Of a stretch of 64,000 nucleotides of DNA, positions 1 to 9,662 are shown piece by piece (positions within the stretch are counted from its first letter, which is position 1; every line of letters starts with the position of its first letter). The DNA lies in the NCBI GenBank assembly GCA_050251875.1, contig JBFWMA010000006.1, forward strand, positions 64,001-128,000, read 5' to 3'. Under the pieces are notes generated by a model, which saw only the letters and a program-made list of their open reading frames with translations, was not told the DNA's origin and did not search any database. Made by a program: the position numbers and the translations under genes. This stretch comes from Deferribacterales bacterium. Lineage in GTDB: Bacteria > Chrysiogenota > Deferribacteres > Deferribacterales > Geovibrionaceae.

Positions 1-1020
1 AGCGTCCAGATTGCCCGATCCTGTCTCCATGTCGTCCAGCTTCGCTCTGATCTCCGCACCGTAAGCCGCCACGGAAGCCAGATCCCCGCCGTATTTCTTT
101 ATCAGGTTGTTCAGCTTATATTTTCTGTCGATGAGCCTGTTCAACTCGTCCGGGTCCATCTCGCTGCCGTCCGCCACAGACTCGATATTCGCCATGGTGT
201 CGTTCAGCGTATATGTCATCTCAGCCAGAGCGTCCGCCGCCTTCGACAGAACCTCGCTGTATGATGATATGCTGTTCAGGGCTGACGCCGCCGAGGTAAT
301 GAGCTCATAGGCGTTCACCTCGCCGTCACGCAGGAGCCCCAGCGCCCGTGAGGAGTTATCCAGTATCTTTTCCATGTTGGACATGACGTTGATCCGGTCT
401 TCGATGCGGATGTCCTCGTCTATGTCTATGCGCAGGGATTCTATCTCGGAGAGCTGGAATTCCAGCATATCTTTCTCCCGCATAACCTGCGCCCTGTCTT
501 TCTTTATGGATTCTATGCGGTTCACCATCGCTCTGTAGGCTTCGTATGATGCCGCATAGCCGTTTTTAGTATTGTCTGATATCAGAGAATCCACGAATGT
601 GATGTGTGTGGCGCTGTCCAAGAGCATCTGGTGTTCGTGCTGTCCGTGGATATCGCAGAAGCTGTTTGTCAGTTCCTTCAGCTGTTCCACGGTCGCCATG
701 CGCCCGTTCACGAATATTCTGTTTTTTCCGGTTTTGTCTATCTCACGGCGGATGATGATGCCGTCAGATGTTTCGAACTGCTCAGCCAGATCGTCCGATA
801 TGCCGTCCACAGCGGAGAACTCCGCCTCGACAACAATTTTTTTCTCCGGATCTCTGAACAGTGTGCGGTTGAATCTGGCGCCGAGAACGAGATTAAGAGC
901 GCCGATGAAAACAGATTTTCCGGCTCCGGTCTCGCCGGTGATGATATTAAGCCCGTCAGCGAACTCAACGGAAACGCTCTCTATGACAGAAAGGTTTTCC
1001 ACACGGAGCATGCTCAGCAC
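1..1020 (-). CDS. recN: DNA repair protein RecN, 5' part (runs off the window start)
   Basis: Not in the ORF track. Manual translation from GTG at 1020 gives MLSMLRVENLSVIESVSVEFADGLNIITGETGAGKS, with the later DIHGQHEHQML motif. It follows nadK, the usual order. Confidence 0.95.
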   Translation of the reverse strand, partial: MLSMLRVENLSVIESVSVEFADGLNIITGETGAGKSVFIGALNLVLGARFNRTLFRDPEKKIVVEAEFSAVDGISDDLAEQFETSDGIIIRREIDKTGKNRIFVNGRMATVEQLKELTNSFCDIHGQHEHQMLLDSATHITFVDSLISDNTKNGYAASYEAYRAMVNRIESIKKDRAQVMREKDMLEFQLSEIESLRIDIDEDIRIEDRINVMSNMEKILDNSSRALGLLRDGEVNAYELITSAASALNSISSYSEVLSKAADALAEMTYTLNDTMANIESVADGSEMDPDELNRLIDRKYKLNNLIKKYGGDLASVAAYGAEIRAKLDDMETGSGNLDA

Positions 1021-1874
1021 TGAACACCGCCCCAGCCGAGTTTTTCCCTGATGAGGGCATAGTAATTTTTGTCCTTAGGCACGATGAGCTGAGTGCAGTT
1101 GCTCGCTTTTTTCACCGTGATGGTCTTTTCGGTATCCAGCTGGTGAAAGATCTGCCCGTCATAGGTTATGGACACCCTTTCGCCGTCTGTGTTGATTCTG
1201 ATCTCAATTTCGCTGTCATCGGAGATGACTATCGGTCTGTTGGAAAGCCCCTGCGGGCAGATGGGAGTGATTATCATGCTTTCGAGGCTGGGGTGGACTA
1301 TGGGACCGCCCGCCGCCAGGCTGTATGCGGTGGAGCCTGTGGGTGTCGCCACGATCAGACCGTCCGCTCTGTATTCGTTCACCAGAACACCGTTGATGTA
1401 GAGAGACATCTCTATGATACGGGCAACGTCCGCCTTGTTGATAACGAGGTCGTTCAGAACGTCTATCTCCAGAACCTTTTCGTCATCTTCCAGCAGATGG
1501 GAGTGGAGCTTCATCCTGCGCTCCATGCGGTAATCGCCGTCCAGAACGGATTTGATGGCAGCCACAGCGTCAGACGCTCTGGTCTCTGTCAGAAAGCCCA
1601 GCCTGCCCAGGTTGATCCCCAGAATAGGCGTCTCTTTCTTGCCCAGAATACGCACAGCGGATATGAGAGTGCCGTCACCGCCCAGAACGATTATCAGGTC
1701 GGCCTTCTCTTTTATCTCTTCATCGGTGTTATATATATCAGAACCCAGAGCCTCGGCGGTGCGTTTCTCTCTCAGGATCACCTTTCCGTGAGCCTCGAGA
1801 AAAGCGGTTATCTCCTCCAGAAGAGGACGAACCCTGTCACCGTGGGGCTTGGCAACTATAGCTATATTCTTCAT
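1014..1874 (-). CDS. nadK: NAD(+) kinase
   Basis: GGDGT, GINLGRLGFL, NDLV and TPTGSTAYSLAAGGP motifs. Confidence 0.97.
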   Translation of the reverse strand: MKNIAIVAKPHGDRVRPLLEEITAFLEAHGKVILREKRTAEALGSDIYNTDEEIKEKADLIIVLGGDGTLISAVRILGKKETPILGINLGRLGFLTETRASDAVAAIKSVLDGDYRMERRMKLHSHLLEDDEKVLEIDVLNDLVINKADVARIIEMSLYINGVLVNEYRADGLIVATPTGSTAYSLAAGGPIVHPSLESMIITPICPQGLSNRPIVISDDSEIEIRINTDGERVSITYDGQIFHQLDTEKTITVKKASNCTQLIVPKDKNYYALIREKLGWGGVQC

Positions 1875-2661
1875 TAACCACCCTGCTGATGATATTTTCT
1901 ATTTTATCATCAAAGACTACGTCATTGTATACAAAATACACGAGATATTCAATATTTCCTTTTGCGCCTTTGATAGGCGACATGCAGAGCCCACGCAGTG
2001 AAAAACCGCTCTCGCCGCCGTATCCTATGACCTCACGGATCACACGCTCATGCACGCTCCTGTCCGTCACTATGCCGCCCCTGCCCACTTCCTGTTTCAT
2101 CGCCTCGAACTGGGGCTTGATGAGAAACACCGCCTCCGATCCATCTCGTGCAAACTGTCTGCACGCGGGGATTATCATTTTCAGTGATATAAACGACACA
2201 TCGCACACGAAAATGTCCGAGTGAGAGCCGATTACGCTGAAATCCACCGTGCGGAAGTTGGTATTGTCCAGAACGGTCACCCGTTCGTCACGGGATAACC
2301 TCGGGTCGAGCTGTCCACGCCCGGTGTCCACGGCGAAAACCCTGGACGCTCCGTTTGTCAGAGCGACATCGGTAAACCCTCCGGTGGAGGCGCCTATATC
2401 GATTACGGTTTTGTTTTGAAAATTAATGTGGAATTCGCTGACAGCCTTTTCCAGCTTCAGCCCGCCCCGGCTGGCGTATTTGTTATGCGACTTCAGCCGT
2501 ATCACGGCATCCGAAGACACCATATCGCCCGCCTTGTCCACCCTGTGGTCGTCCGCCACAACCAGCCCCGCCATGATGAAGCGTCTCGCCTCGTCTATGT
2601 CGCCGACCAGTTCCAGAGAAACCAGCAGACTGTCAATGCGCTCTTTTTTCGGTGAAGCCAT
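1837..2661 (-). CDS. tlyA: TlyA family rRNA 2'-O-methyltransferase (S4 + FtsJ domains)
   Basis: SRGGLKL, DIGASTGGFTD, DVSFISL, LIKPQFE and GAKGNIEY motifs; dxs-tlyA-nadK-recN synteny. Confidence 0.95.
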   Translation of the reverse strand: MASPKKERIDSLLVSLELVGDIDEARRFIMAGLVVADDHRVDKAGDMVSSDAVIRLKSHNKYASRGGLKLEKAVSEFHINFQNKTVIDIGASTGGFTDVALTNGASRVFAVDTGRGQLDPRLSRDERVTVLDNTNFRTVDFSVIGSHSDIFVCDVSFISLKMIIPACRQFARDGSEAVFLIKPQFEAMKQEVGRGGIVTDRSVHERVIREVIGYGGESGFSLRGLCMSPIKGAKGNIEYLVYFVYNDVVFDDKIENIISRVVNEEYSYSCQAPR

Positions 2662-4520
2662 CAGGACAGTTTCTGAAAAATTGACCCGGCTATGCTCTCT
2701 GAGTCCAGACCTATCAGTTTTCTGAGCTCTTTTACATCGCCGTGTTCTATGAATCTATCGGGAAGCCCGAATTTTATTATTTTAGCGCAGACGCCGTGTT
2801 CCATCAGTATGGAGGATATCTCCTCTCCGGCTCCGCCTTTTATACTTCCCTCTTCCACAGTGACAACCAGTCTGGCGCCTTTGGCGGCTTCGGCTATCAT
2901 GTTATCGTTCAGAGGTTTTAAGAAGCGCATATTCACCAGAGTGACATTGAGTCCCGCTTCTATCAGTTTTTTATACGCCTTGTAAGATTCCTCGAAAATA
3001 TGCCCGGCGGAGAACATAACCACGTCCTTTCCGCCGCCTATCAGCTCCGGCTCGCCCATCACCACCGGCTGTTCAGCCAGCTCCGGATAGTCTCCCGCCT
3101 CGCCTCTGGCATATCTCACGGCGCAAGGAGTCGTCATTCCTTCCGCCAGCTTAAGCATCTGCACCAGCTCATATCCGTCTTTGGGCAGCATCACCGCCAT
3201 GTTGGGGATACAGCGCAGATACGACATATCGAATGAGCCGTGGTGCGTGGGTCCGTCCGCTCCCACCAGCCCGCCTCTGTCCAGACAAAGGACAACGGGA
3301 AGGTTCTGAAGAGCGACATCATGTATTATCTGGTCGTAAGCTCTCTGCATGAATGTGGAGTAAACAGCCACGAAAGGTTTTATCCCGCTGATCGCCATTC
3401 CGGCGGCGAATGTGACTGCGTGCTGTTCGGCAATCCCAACGTCAAAAACTCTGTCGGGAAATTTCTCCTCCATCTGGTTGAGCCCTGTGCCGTCTTTCAT
3501 AGCGGCGCTCACCGCCACTATCCGGCTGTTGTTCTCAGCCATCTCGGCGAGGGTTTCGCCGAAAATATCCGTGTATGACTTTTTGCCCGGCAGTTTCACG
3601 GATTTTCCGGTGGCGATGTCGAATGACGCCACACCGTGAAATTTTGAAGGATCCTGCTCGGCAGGCTCATATCCTTTGCCTTTTTTAGTCATCACATGCA
3701 CCAGAACGGGTCCGTCCACATTGTGGGCGTTTTCCAGCGCCTTAACCACGTCTTTTATCCTGTTGCCCTGAACAGGACCGATATATCTGAGCCCCAGCTC
3801 CTCGAAAAGGATGCCGGGAGTAAAAAATCCCACCATTCCCTCTTCCATCTTTTTAGCGAGGGAGAGTATTTTGTTTCCAAGAGGTTTTTCAGACAGATAT
3901 GTCTGAACGTCTTTTCTGACACGGGTATAGAATTTGCCTGCCATCATGTTGGAAAGATAGTGCGAAAAACCGCCCACGTTCGGGCTGATGGACATTTCGT
4001 TGTCGTTCAGGACGACTATCATGTCCTTGTCCAGATGTCCGAGATTGTTTAATCCCTCAAAGGCCATTCCTGCGGACATGGCGCCGTCACCTATAACAGC
4101 CACCACCTTGCGTTTGCGCCCGATGATGTCATCTGCCACACGGATGCCCAGTCCGGCTGATATGGATGTGCTGGTGTGTCCCACGCCGAATGCGTCAAAG
4201 GGTGATTCGGCGGGTTTGTTGAACCCTGATATCCCCTTGAACTGTCTCAGTGTGCAGAACCTGTCTTTTCTGTCGGTGAGTATCTTATAGGCGTATGACT
4301 GGTGTCCCACATCCCAGACTATGCGGTCGAATTCCGGGCGGAAAACCTTCAGCAGCCCGATAGTCAGCTCCACCACACCCAGACTGGGGGCGAGGTGACC
4401 GCCTGTTTTCGAGCAGGTTTCTATTATTCTCTGTCTGGTTTCCTGCGCCAGAGTCTCCAGACTCTCATAGGTCAGGTCTTTTATATCGTCAGGGAGTTTC
4501 AGTCCATCCAAAAAGCTCAT
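2661..4520 (-). CDS. dxs: 1-deoxy-D-xylulose-5-phosphate synthase
   Basis: GGHLAPSLGVVELT, WDVGHQ, GDGAM, DVGIAEQHAV and DGPTHHG motifs; 619 aa. Confidence 0.98.
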   Translation of the reverse strand: MSFLDGLKLPDDIKDLTYESLETLAQETRQRIIETCSKTGGHLAPSLGVVELTIGLLKVFRPEFDRIVWDVGHQSYAYKILTDRKDRFCTLRQFKGISGFNKPAESPFDAFGVGHTSTSISAGLGIRVADDIIGRKRKVVAVIGDGAMSAGMAFEGLNNLGHLDKDMIVVLNDNEMSISPNVGGFSHYLSNMMAGKFYTRVRKDVQTYLSEKPLGNKILSLAKKMEEGMVGFFTPGILFEELGLRYIGPVQGNRIKDVVKALENAHNVDGPVLVHVMTKKGKGYEPAEQDPSKFHGVASFDIATGKSVKLPGKKSYTDIFGETLAEMAENNSRIVAVSAAMKDGTGLNQMEEKFPDRVFDVGIAEQHAVTFAAGMAISGIKPFVAVYSTFMQRAYDQIIHDVALQNLPVVLCLDRGGLVGADGPTHHGSFDMSYLRCIPNMAVMLPKDGYELVQMLKLAEGMTTPCAVRYARGEAGDYPELAEQPVVMGEPELIGGGKDVVMFSAGHIFEESYKAYKKLIEAGLNVTLVNMRFLKPLNDNMIAEAAKGARLVVTVEEGSIKGGAGEEISSILMEHGVCAKIIKFGLPDRFIEHGDVKELRKLIGLDSESIAGSIFQKLS

Positions 4521-4524
4521 ATTA

Positions 4525-5424
4525 TTAATTCTTTCTCTCTATTATAAACTTAGCAATCTCTCTGCACGGGTCGGCAGTGCTGCCGTATACGGAGATGATC
4601 TCCATCGCCTCTTCTATCAGCAGTTCCGCCTTGCGGTGTGAGTCCTCTATGCCGTGAACAGCGGGATATGTCGCCTTGCCGTTGGCGGCGTCACTTCCCA
4701 CATCCTTGCCAAGCTCCTCCGTGGTGGAGGTGATGTCCAGTATATCGTCAACTATCTGAAACGCAAGCCCTATGCGCATTCCGTATTCATACAGCCGTTT
4801 TTTGTCATCTTCTGTGCCGTAACCGAGAATAGCCCCCAGCTCACAGCAGTATGCCAGCAGGCGGGATGTCTTGTTGGTGTGGATATAGTCCACTGTCTGG
4901 GCGTTGAAAACGCCTGACTCCGCCTCCATATCGGCGAACTGTCCGCCCACCATGCCCCTGTCGCCAGTAGCGTCAGCCAGCTTATAAGCCGCCTCCAGCA
5001 TCAGAGCGGCGTCAACATCGGGATTTATGTCTCTGTTGCACATAACCTCAAAAGCCTTAGTCAGAAGCCCGTCTCCCGCCAGAATGGCTGTTGCCTCGCC
5101 ATATACCTTGTGGTTGGTGGGCTTGCCCCTGCGGTAGTCGTCATCGTCCATAGCGGGCAGGTCGTCGTGTATCAGGGAATATGTATGGAGCATCTCCACA
5201 GCGGCGGCAAAAGGAGTAACCTTGTCGAAATAGCCCTCGAATACGCCGTATGAGGAATAGATCAGCGCCGGACGGATGCGTTTTCCTCCGGCGAACAGGC
5301 TGTATCTCATGGAGTCTGTCAGTCCCTTAGCGTGGGGATCGGAACAGGTCATGTAGCTCTCAAAAAATTCCTCAACCTTCGCACCCCAGAAACCGAGGTA
5401 GCTTTTCATATTAAACTGGCTCAT
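4525..5424 (-). CDS. ispA: Farnesyl diphosphate synthase / geranyltranstransferase
   Basis: GGKRIRP, SLIHDDLPAMDDDDYRRGKPT and FQIVDDILD motifs; xseB-ispA-dxs synteny. Confidence 0.96.
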   Translation of the reverse strand: MSQFNMKSYLGFWGAKVEEFFESYMTCSDPHAKGLTDSMRYSLFAGGKRIRPALIYSSYGVFEGYFDKVTPFAAAVEMLHTYSLIHDDLPAMDDDDYRRGKPTNHKVYGEATAILAGDGLLTKAFEVMCNRDINPDVDAALMLEAAYKLADATGDRGMVGGQFADMEAESGVFNAQTVDYIHTNKTSRLLAYCCELGAILGYGTEDDKKRLYEYGMRIGLAFQIVDDILDITSTTEELGKDVGSDAANGKATYPAVHGIEDSHRKAELLIEEAMEIISVYGSTADPCREIAKFIIERKN

Positions 5425-5635
5425 CGAATGGCTCCGTTTTTACATCGTCACCGTCCGCGGAAAGCACACGGCTGACCTTTTGCTCTATTTCGTCCAGCAT
5501 CCTGCGGCAGTCTTTGCCCAGTTTCATGCCTTCCTGAAACAGTCTGAGATTCTCTTCTATGTCGAGATCGCCGTTTTCCAGCTTCTCCACTATCGTTTCC
5601 AGCTTTTTCAGCTTGTCTTCGAATTTTTCGCTCAT
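5411..5635 (-). CDS. xseB: Exodeoxyribonuclease VII small subunit
   Basis: FEDKLKKLETIVEKLENGDLDIEENLRLFQEGMKL pattern. Start set at the ATG at 5635, overlapping the bcp stop. Confidence 0.93.
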   Translation of the reverse strand: MSEKFEDKLKKLETIVEKLENGDLDIEENLRLFQEGMKLGKDCRRMLDEIEQKVSRVLSADGDDVKTEPFDEPV

Positions 5636-6087
5636 TTCAGCCCGCACAGAACTTTTTCCACATGTCCGTTCACTTTGACATTGCGGTATATCTTTTCAAT
5701 CACCGAGTCTTTGTCTATGACAAATGTGGAGCGGATGATTCCCATGGTTGTTTTGCCGTACATTTTCTTTTCGCCGTAAGCGCCGTAAGCGGTCGCCACG
5801 GCTCTGTCCGGGTCGGACAGCAGGATGAGACCGATGGGCTGTTTCACTTTAAAATTCTGGTGGCTCTTAACGCTGTCGGGGCTGACGCCCACAACGACAG
5901 TATCTTTGCCGCCGAACTGCTCTTTCATGTCGGTGAACTCGATGCCCTCACGGGTGCATCCGGATGTGTTGTCTTTCGGGTAGAAATAAAGAACAAGGCG
6001 TTTGCCTTTAAATGATTCGAGTGTATATGTTTTACCGTCATCAGCCTCAAGGCTGAACGCCGGCGCTTTCGCTCCTTCTTCTAACAT
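5632..6087 (-). CDS. bcp: Peroxiredoxin Bcp/PrxQ
   Basis: LYFYPKDNTSGCTRE and GIIRSTFVID motifs. Confidence 0.93.
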   Translation of the reverse strand: MLEEGAKAPAFSLEADDGKTYTLESFKGKRLVLYFYPKDNTSGCTREGIEFTDMKEQFGGKDTVVVGVSPDSVKSHQNFKVKQPIGLILLSDPDRAVATAYGAYGEKKMYGKTTMGIIRSTFVIDKDSVIEKIYRNVKVNGHVEKVLCGLK

Positions 6088-6099
6088 GGATCACCTCTG

Positions 6100-7146
6100 T
6101 CATAAGTTTTTTTCATGCCTCGCTCTGAGCTGACCGCACGCGCCGTCAATATCGCTTCCGAGGCTTTTTCTGATAAAAACACCTATCCTGTTATTTATCA
6201 GATATTGCTGGAATTTTAAAGCATCTTTTTCCTCCGGCGCCTGATACTTTTCATCAGCCCCCGAATTATACAGTATAAGATTAACTTTGACTTTATCCAG
6301 CCCTTTCAGAAGTTTCACCAGATTGTCCGCGTCTTTCATGGAGTCGTTGATGCCTTTCAGCAGAACATATTCTATCGTAATGGATTTTCTCTTTTGCAGG
6401 GGGAGGTTTTTCAGCACCTTCATCAGATCGCTCAGGGGATATTTCGCCGAGATGGGCATGATGCTCTTTCTCTGTTCCTGAGTGGAGGCGTTTATGGATA
6501 CCGCCAGATTGACGGGTGTTTTTATTTTGAACAATTTCTCTATATTCTCCGCCACGCCGCAGGTGGACAGAGTTATCTTTTTATGCGAAAAACCGTAACC
6601 GTTGTCGTCCAGCAGAACGGTGATCGCTTCCATAACATTGTCTATGTTGTCCAGAGGCTCGCCCATTCCCATAAAGACGATGTTGTTCAGTCTGTCGTCC
6701 GTCTCCGCCAGTATGTCGTTGAGCCTTTTCACCTGTTTCAGGATCTCGCCCACGGTGAGGTTTCTCTTCAGCCCCATTATGGCGGTGGAACAGAAAGCGC
6801 ACCCCATCCGGCAGCCCACCTGAGATGATATGCAGGCGGTCATGCGTGTGCCGTCCGACAGGATTACAGACTCGATATGCTCTCCGTCCTCCAGACGGAA
6901 AAGTACCTTCACAGAGCCGTCTTGAGCGGATTTCTGCACCTTCACCGGCTCCATCACGGTGAACTTCGCCTTTTCGGTCAGTTTCTCCCTGATGGCGTTG
7001 GACAGGTTAGTCATTCCTGCTATGTCTTCGCATCCTGAGTGGTGTATCCATTTGTAGATCTGCTCGCCTCTGAACTTTTCCATGCCTTCGGACACGGCAA
7101 ATGCTTTCAGACCTTCGAGACAGTGTGAATCGATATAGAAGGGCAT
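6100..7146 (-). CDS. rlmN: Dual-specificity rRNA/tRNA m2A methyltransferase RlmN (radical SAM)
   Basis: CISSQVGCRMGCAFC, MGMGEPL and DIDGACGQL motifs. Confidence 0.97.
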   Translation of the reverse strand: MPFYIDSHCLEGLKAFAVSEGMEKFRGEQIYKWIHHSGCEDIAGMTNLSNAIREKLTEKAKFTVMEPVKVQKSAQDGSVKVLFRLEDGEHIESVILSDGTRMTACISSQVGCRMGCAFCSTAIMGLKRNLTVGEILKQVKRLNDILAETDDRLNNIVFMGMGEPLDNIDNVMEAITVLLDDNGYGFSHKKITLSTCGVAENIEKLFKIKTPVNLAVSINASTQEQRKSIMPISAKYPLSDLMKVLKNLPLQKRKSITIEYVLLKGINDSMKDADNLVKLLKGLDKVKVNLILYNSGADEKYQAPEEKDALKFQQYLINNRIGVFIRKSLGSDIDGACGQLRARHEKNL

Positions 7147-7149
7147 ATT

Positions 7150-7494
7150 TTATATCAGATAGCGCATAGCTTCTTCGTTTGTTTCGTGTATGTTGAAGAG
7201 CCTGTTCAGATTGGTGCTTTTAAATACTTTCATAATCTCTTCGTTAACCGCTGTCAGATAGAGCGGTTTGTTGATATCTCTCATATTTTTCAGAATCTGG
7301 ATCAGCTCTCTGAGACCTGAGCTGTTCAGATATGTCACACGGGAGAAATTAATGACAATACCGTCAACAGTGACAGAATGCGCTATGACGTGTGATTTTA
7401 TCTCATCGCCGTTGTATGAGTCGATTTCGTGCATGGGATAAAGAATTTCTACCTTTTTCTCGCCGTAATTAACTCTTTCACTGTTAAAAGCCAT
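7150..7494 (-). CDS. STAS-domain anti-sigma factor antagonist
   Basis: INFSRVTYLNSSGLRELI resembles the STAS phospho-Ser motif (YIDSSGL); 114 aa. Confidence 0.85.
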   Translation of the reverse strand: MAFNSERVNYGEKKVEILYPMHEIDSYNGDEIKSHVIAHSVTVDGIVINFSRVTYLNSSGLRELIQILKNMRDINKPLYLTAVNEEIMKVFKSTNLNRLFNIHETNEEAMRYLI

Positions 7495-7505
7495 AAGAAA
7501 TTCTC

Positions 7506-8171
7506 CTAACCTAATAGTTTTCTAAGCTCAAGCTGACGTTTGAAAACATATTTAACTATCTTGTCCCTGTCTGAGGAAGAGAGATCCTCGAACCGGACAC
7601 CCGTCTCATACATACCGTCTCGCTTGGTGCTGCGCATAACCAGAGCCCGCACGGAATCGAGTTTTTCTATACAGCCCTGAAGATATATCTCTATAGTATC
7701 ATTCTTTTCTATTTTTATCTCAGAAAAAAGTCTCATGCCGCCGCCGGAGATATCGACAATTTTAGCATCGATAATTTTGACGGAAGCCGTCTCGCCTGTT
7801 TTCACCGTTGCCATTACCTTCACGGCTATTCTGGTGTCCACACGGAAGAAAGCCCTGAGCTCCTGACGGAATATAGCGTCCGGATACTGAACAACCAGCA
7901 TAGGCAGAGGGTCTTTCACCCTGTCCAGAACCACAGACTTAAAGCTGAAGCGTCCCTTATCCAGAACATAAGACAGATGCACCCTGGTATTGGGTCTCAG
8001 GGGAATCCCCTGTCCCTTGTCCGTTGGCATGGAGAGAAATATCTTCTTATCCTTTGCCTTGATGTCCTCTATTCGGGAATCGAAAATCCCCGGATAGTCC
8101 CCCACCTTTACCTCTATAAGCAGTTTCTGGTTAACACTGAGAAACTGGTCGAATTTCTCCAATTTTTCCAA
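7506..8171 (-). CDS. Flagellar brake protein (YcgR-like N-terminus + PilZ c-di-GMP-binding domain)
   Basis: PilZ motifs RxxxR (ELRAFFRV) and DISGGG; C-terminal DRDKIVKYVFKRQLE; TTG start. Confidence 0.88.
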   Translation of the reverse strand: MEKLEKFDQFLSVNQKLLIEVKVGDYPGIFDSRIEDIKAKDKKIFLSMPTDKGQGIPLRPNTRVHLSYVLDKGRFSFKSVVLDRVKDPLPMLVVQYPDAIFRQELRAFFRVDTRIAVKVMATVKTGETASVKIIDAKIVDISGGGMRLFSEIKIEKNDTIEIYLQGCIEKLDSVRALVMRSTKRDGMYETGVRFEDLSSSDRDKIVKYVFKRQLELRKLLG

Positions 8172-8241
8172 AATCTTCCCCGATCATATTTAATCTGCCG
8201 TCCGGGTTTTCATCAATAAAGTAATATAGTTGTCTCTATAT

Positions 8242-8268
8242 AAATCGACAGATTAAATCGTTACGTTA
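8242..8268 (-). promoter_or_regulatory. Putative sigma-28 (FliA) promoter
   Basis: Minus strand TAAC-N15-GTCGATTT versus consensus TAAA-N15-GCCGATAA, upstream of a flagellar brake gene. Confidence 0.45.
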
Positions 8269-8274
8269 ATTTGA

Positions 8275-8850
8275 CTATTTTATATTTCTGCTGCCGGGCT
8301 TCACAGCGGGCAGTCCTTTTTTGCAGAGAGGACAGTCAGCCGGGTCATATGTCTGAACATCGAGCTGTGCCAGAGGATAGAAAGGCTGATCGAACTGAGC
8401 TCTGCCGCCGCTTCTGTCTATCAGACATGTGATGGCGACAATCTCTCCGCCGGCTTTAATCACGGCGTCCATGCACTCTTTTGTTGATTTTCCTGTTGTT
8501 ACGATATCCTCAGCGATGATGACTTTCTCCCCTTTGTTCAGAGAAAAGCCTCTGCGGAATGTCATGGTCTCGTCCACTCTCTCTGTGAAGAGAGTGCGTT
8601 TTTTCAGCTGTCTCGCCAGCTCGTACCCGAAGCGGATACCGCCGATGGCGGGGCTGACAACAGTGGTGAAATCCAGATCGATCAGCTGGCGTGCCAGCTC
8701 CTCTACTATGTCTACCACCACGGCGGGATACTGCATTATCAGCTCAGACTGAAGAAACCTGTCGGAATGAAGTCCTGAGGACAAAAGAAAATGTCCTTCC
8801 AGTAGAGCGTTGTGCTGTTTGTAGATTTCAAGTACCTGTTCTGCTTTCAC
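8275..8850 (-). CDS. pyrE: Orotate phosphoribosyltransferase
   Basis: LLEGHFLLSSGLHS and the PRPP motif IIAEDIVTTGKS; adjacent to pyrF. Confidence 0.95.
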   Translation of the reverse strand: MKAEQVLEIYKQHNALLEGHFLLSSGLHSDRFLQSELIMQYPAVVVDIVEELARQLIDLDFTTVVSPAIGGIRFGYELARQLKKRTLFTERVDETMTFRRGFSLNKGEKVIIAEDIVTTGKSTKECMDAVIKAGGEIVAITCLIDRSGGRAQFDQPFYPLAQLDVQTYDPADCPLCKKGLPAVKPGSRNIK

Positions 8851-9554
8851 TTCATTTCCTCCAGAATTTTTAAGGCGGCCTGATGAGGGTCTTTCGCCTG
8901 TGTCACGGGTCTGCCTATCACTATATAGTCTGTTCCCATATTTTTAGCGTCTTTCGGTGTAACCACCCTCTTCTGATCGTCCACAGAAGCCTCTGCGGGA
9001 CGGATGCCGGGGGTGATTGTCAGAAATGAAGCTCCCAGAGCCTCTTTGATAAAGGGAGTTTCGGCGGCGGAGGAGACCACTCCGTCCAGCCCGCTCTCTT
9101 TCGCCAGAGATGCGAGGTGCAGAACATAGTCCCTGCTGGTTTTGAATCCCAGCTTCATATAGTTAAGATAAGCGTCATCAAGGCTTGTCAGCAGTGTGAC
9201 ACCTATCAGGAGAGGTTTTTTGATATTTTTCTGGGCGCAGTGACCTGTCACTTTGTCCATAACGGCGCGCATCATCTCTGAGCCGCCCTGTGTGTGCATG
9301 TTCACCATGTCTGTCTCATATTGCAGAGAAGCCAGAACCGCTGAAATAACGGTGTTGGGTATATCGTGAAATTTCAGATCGAGAAATATTTTTTTATTCT
9401 GTTTTTTCAGATATTCGATGATATTTTTGCCGTCAGCCACGAAAAGCTCCAGCCCGACCTTATACCATGACACGGCATCGCCTGTCATTTCTACGATTTT
9501 CTTTGCGGAATCAGCATTGTCAAAATCAAGCGCAACAATAATTTCAGGTTTCAT
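8847..9554 (-). CDS. pyrF: Orotidine-5'-phosphate decarboxylase
   Basis: IVALD, FLDLKFHDIPNTV, TPGIRP and DDQKRVVTP motifs. Confidence 0.97.
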   Translation of the reverse strand: MKPEIIVALDFDNADSAKKIVEMTGDAVSWYKVGLELFVADGKNIIEYLKKQNKKIFLDLKFHDIPNTVISAVLASLQYETDMVNMHTQGGSEMMRAVMDKVTGHCAQKNIKKPLLIGVTLLTSLDDAYLNYMKLGFKTSRDYVLHLASLAKESGLDGVVSSAAETPFIKEALGASFLTITPGIRPAEASVDDQKRVVTPKDAKNMGTDYIVIGRPVTQAKDPHQAALKILEEMK

Positions 9555-9662
9555 AATAATACCTCGACAAAGACTGTAGCAGATTTTTGTTTTTTTTCAA
9601 GCATCTGTTGACGAAAGAGCGATTATATGCGGTAATATGAATTAATTCGGAAACTATTACGG

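Noticed and set aside
107..1051. Plus-strand ORFs of 67-159 aa at the window start
   Set aside because: They are antisense shadows of recN, which the track missed because it runs off the edge.
1837..2661. tlyA as a hemolysin/virulence factor
   Set aside because: Standard dxs-tlyA-nadK-recN context with methyltransferase motifs.
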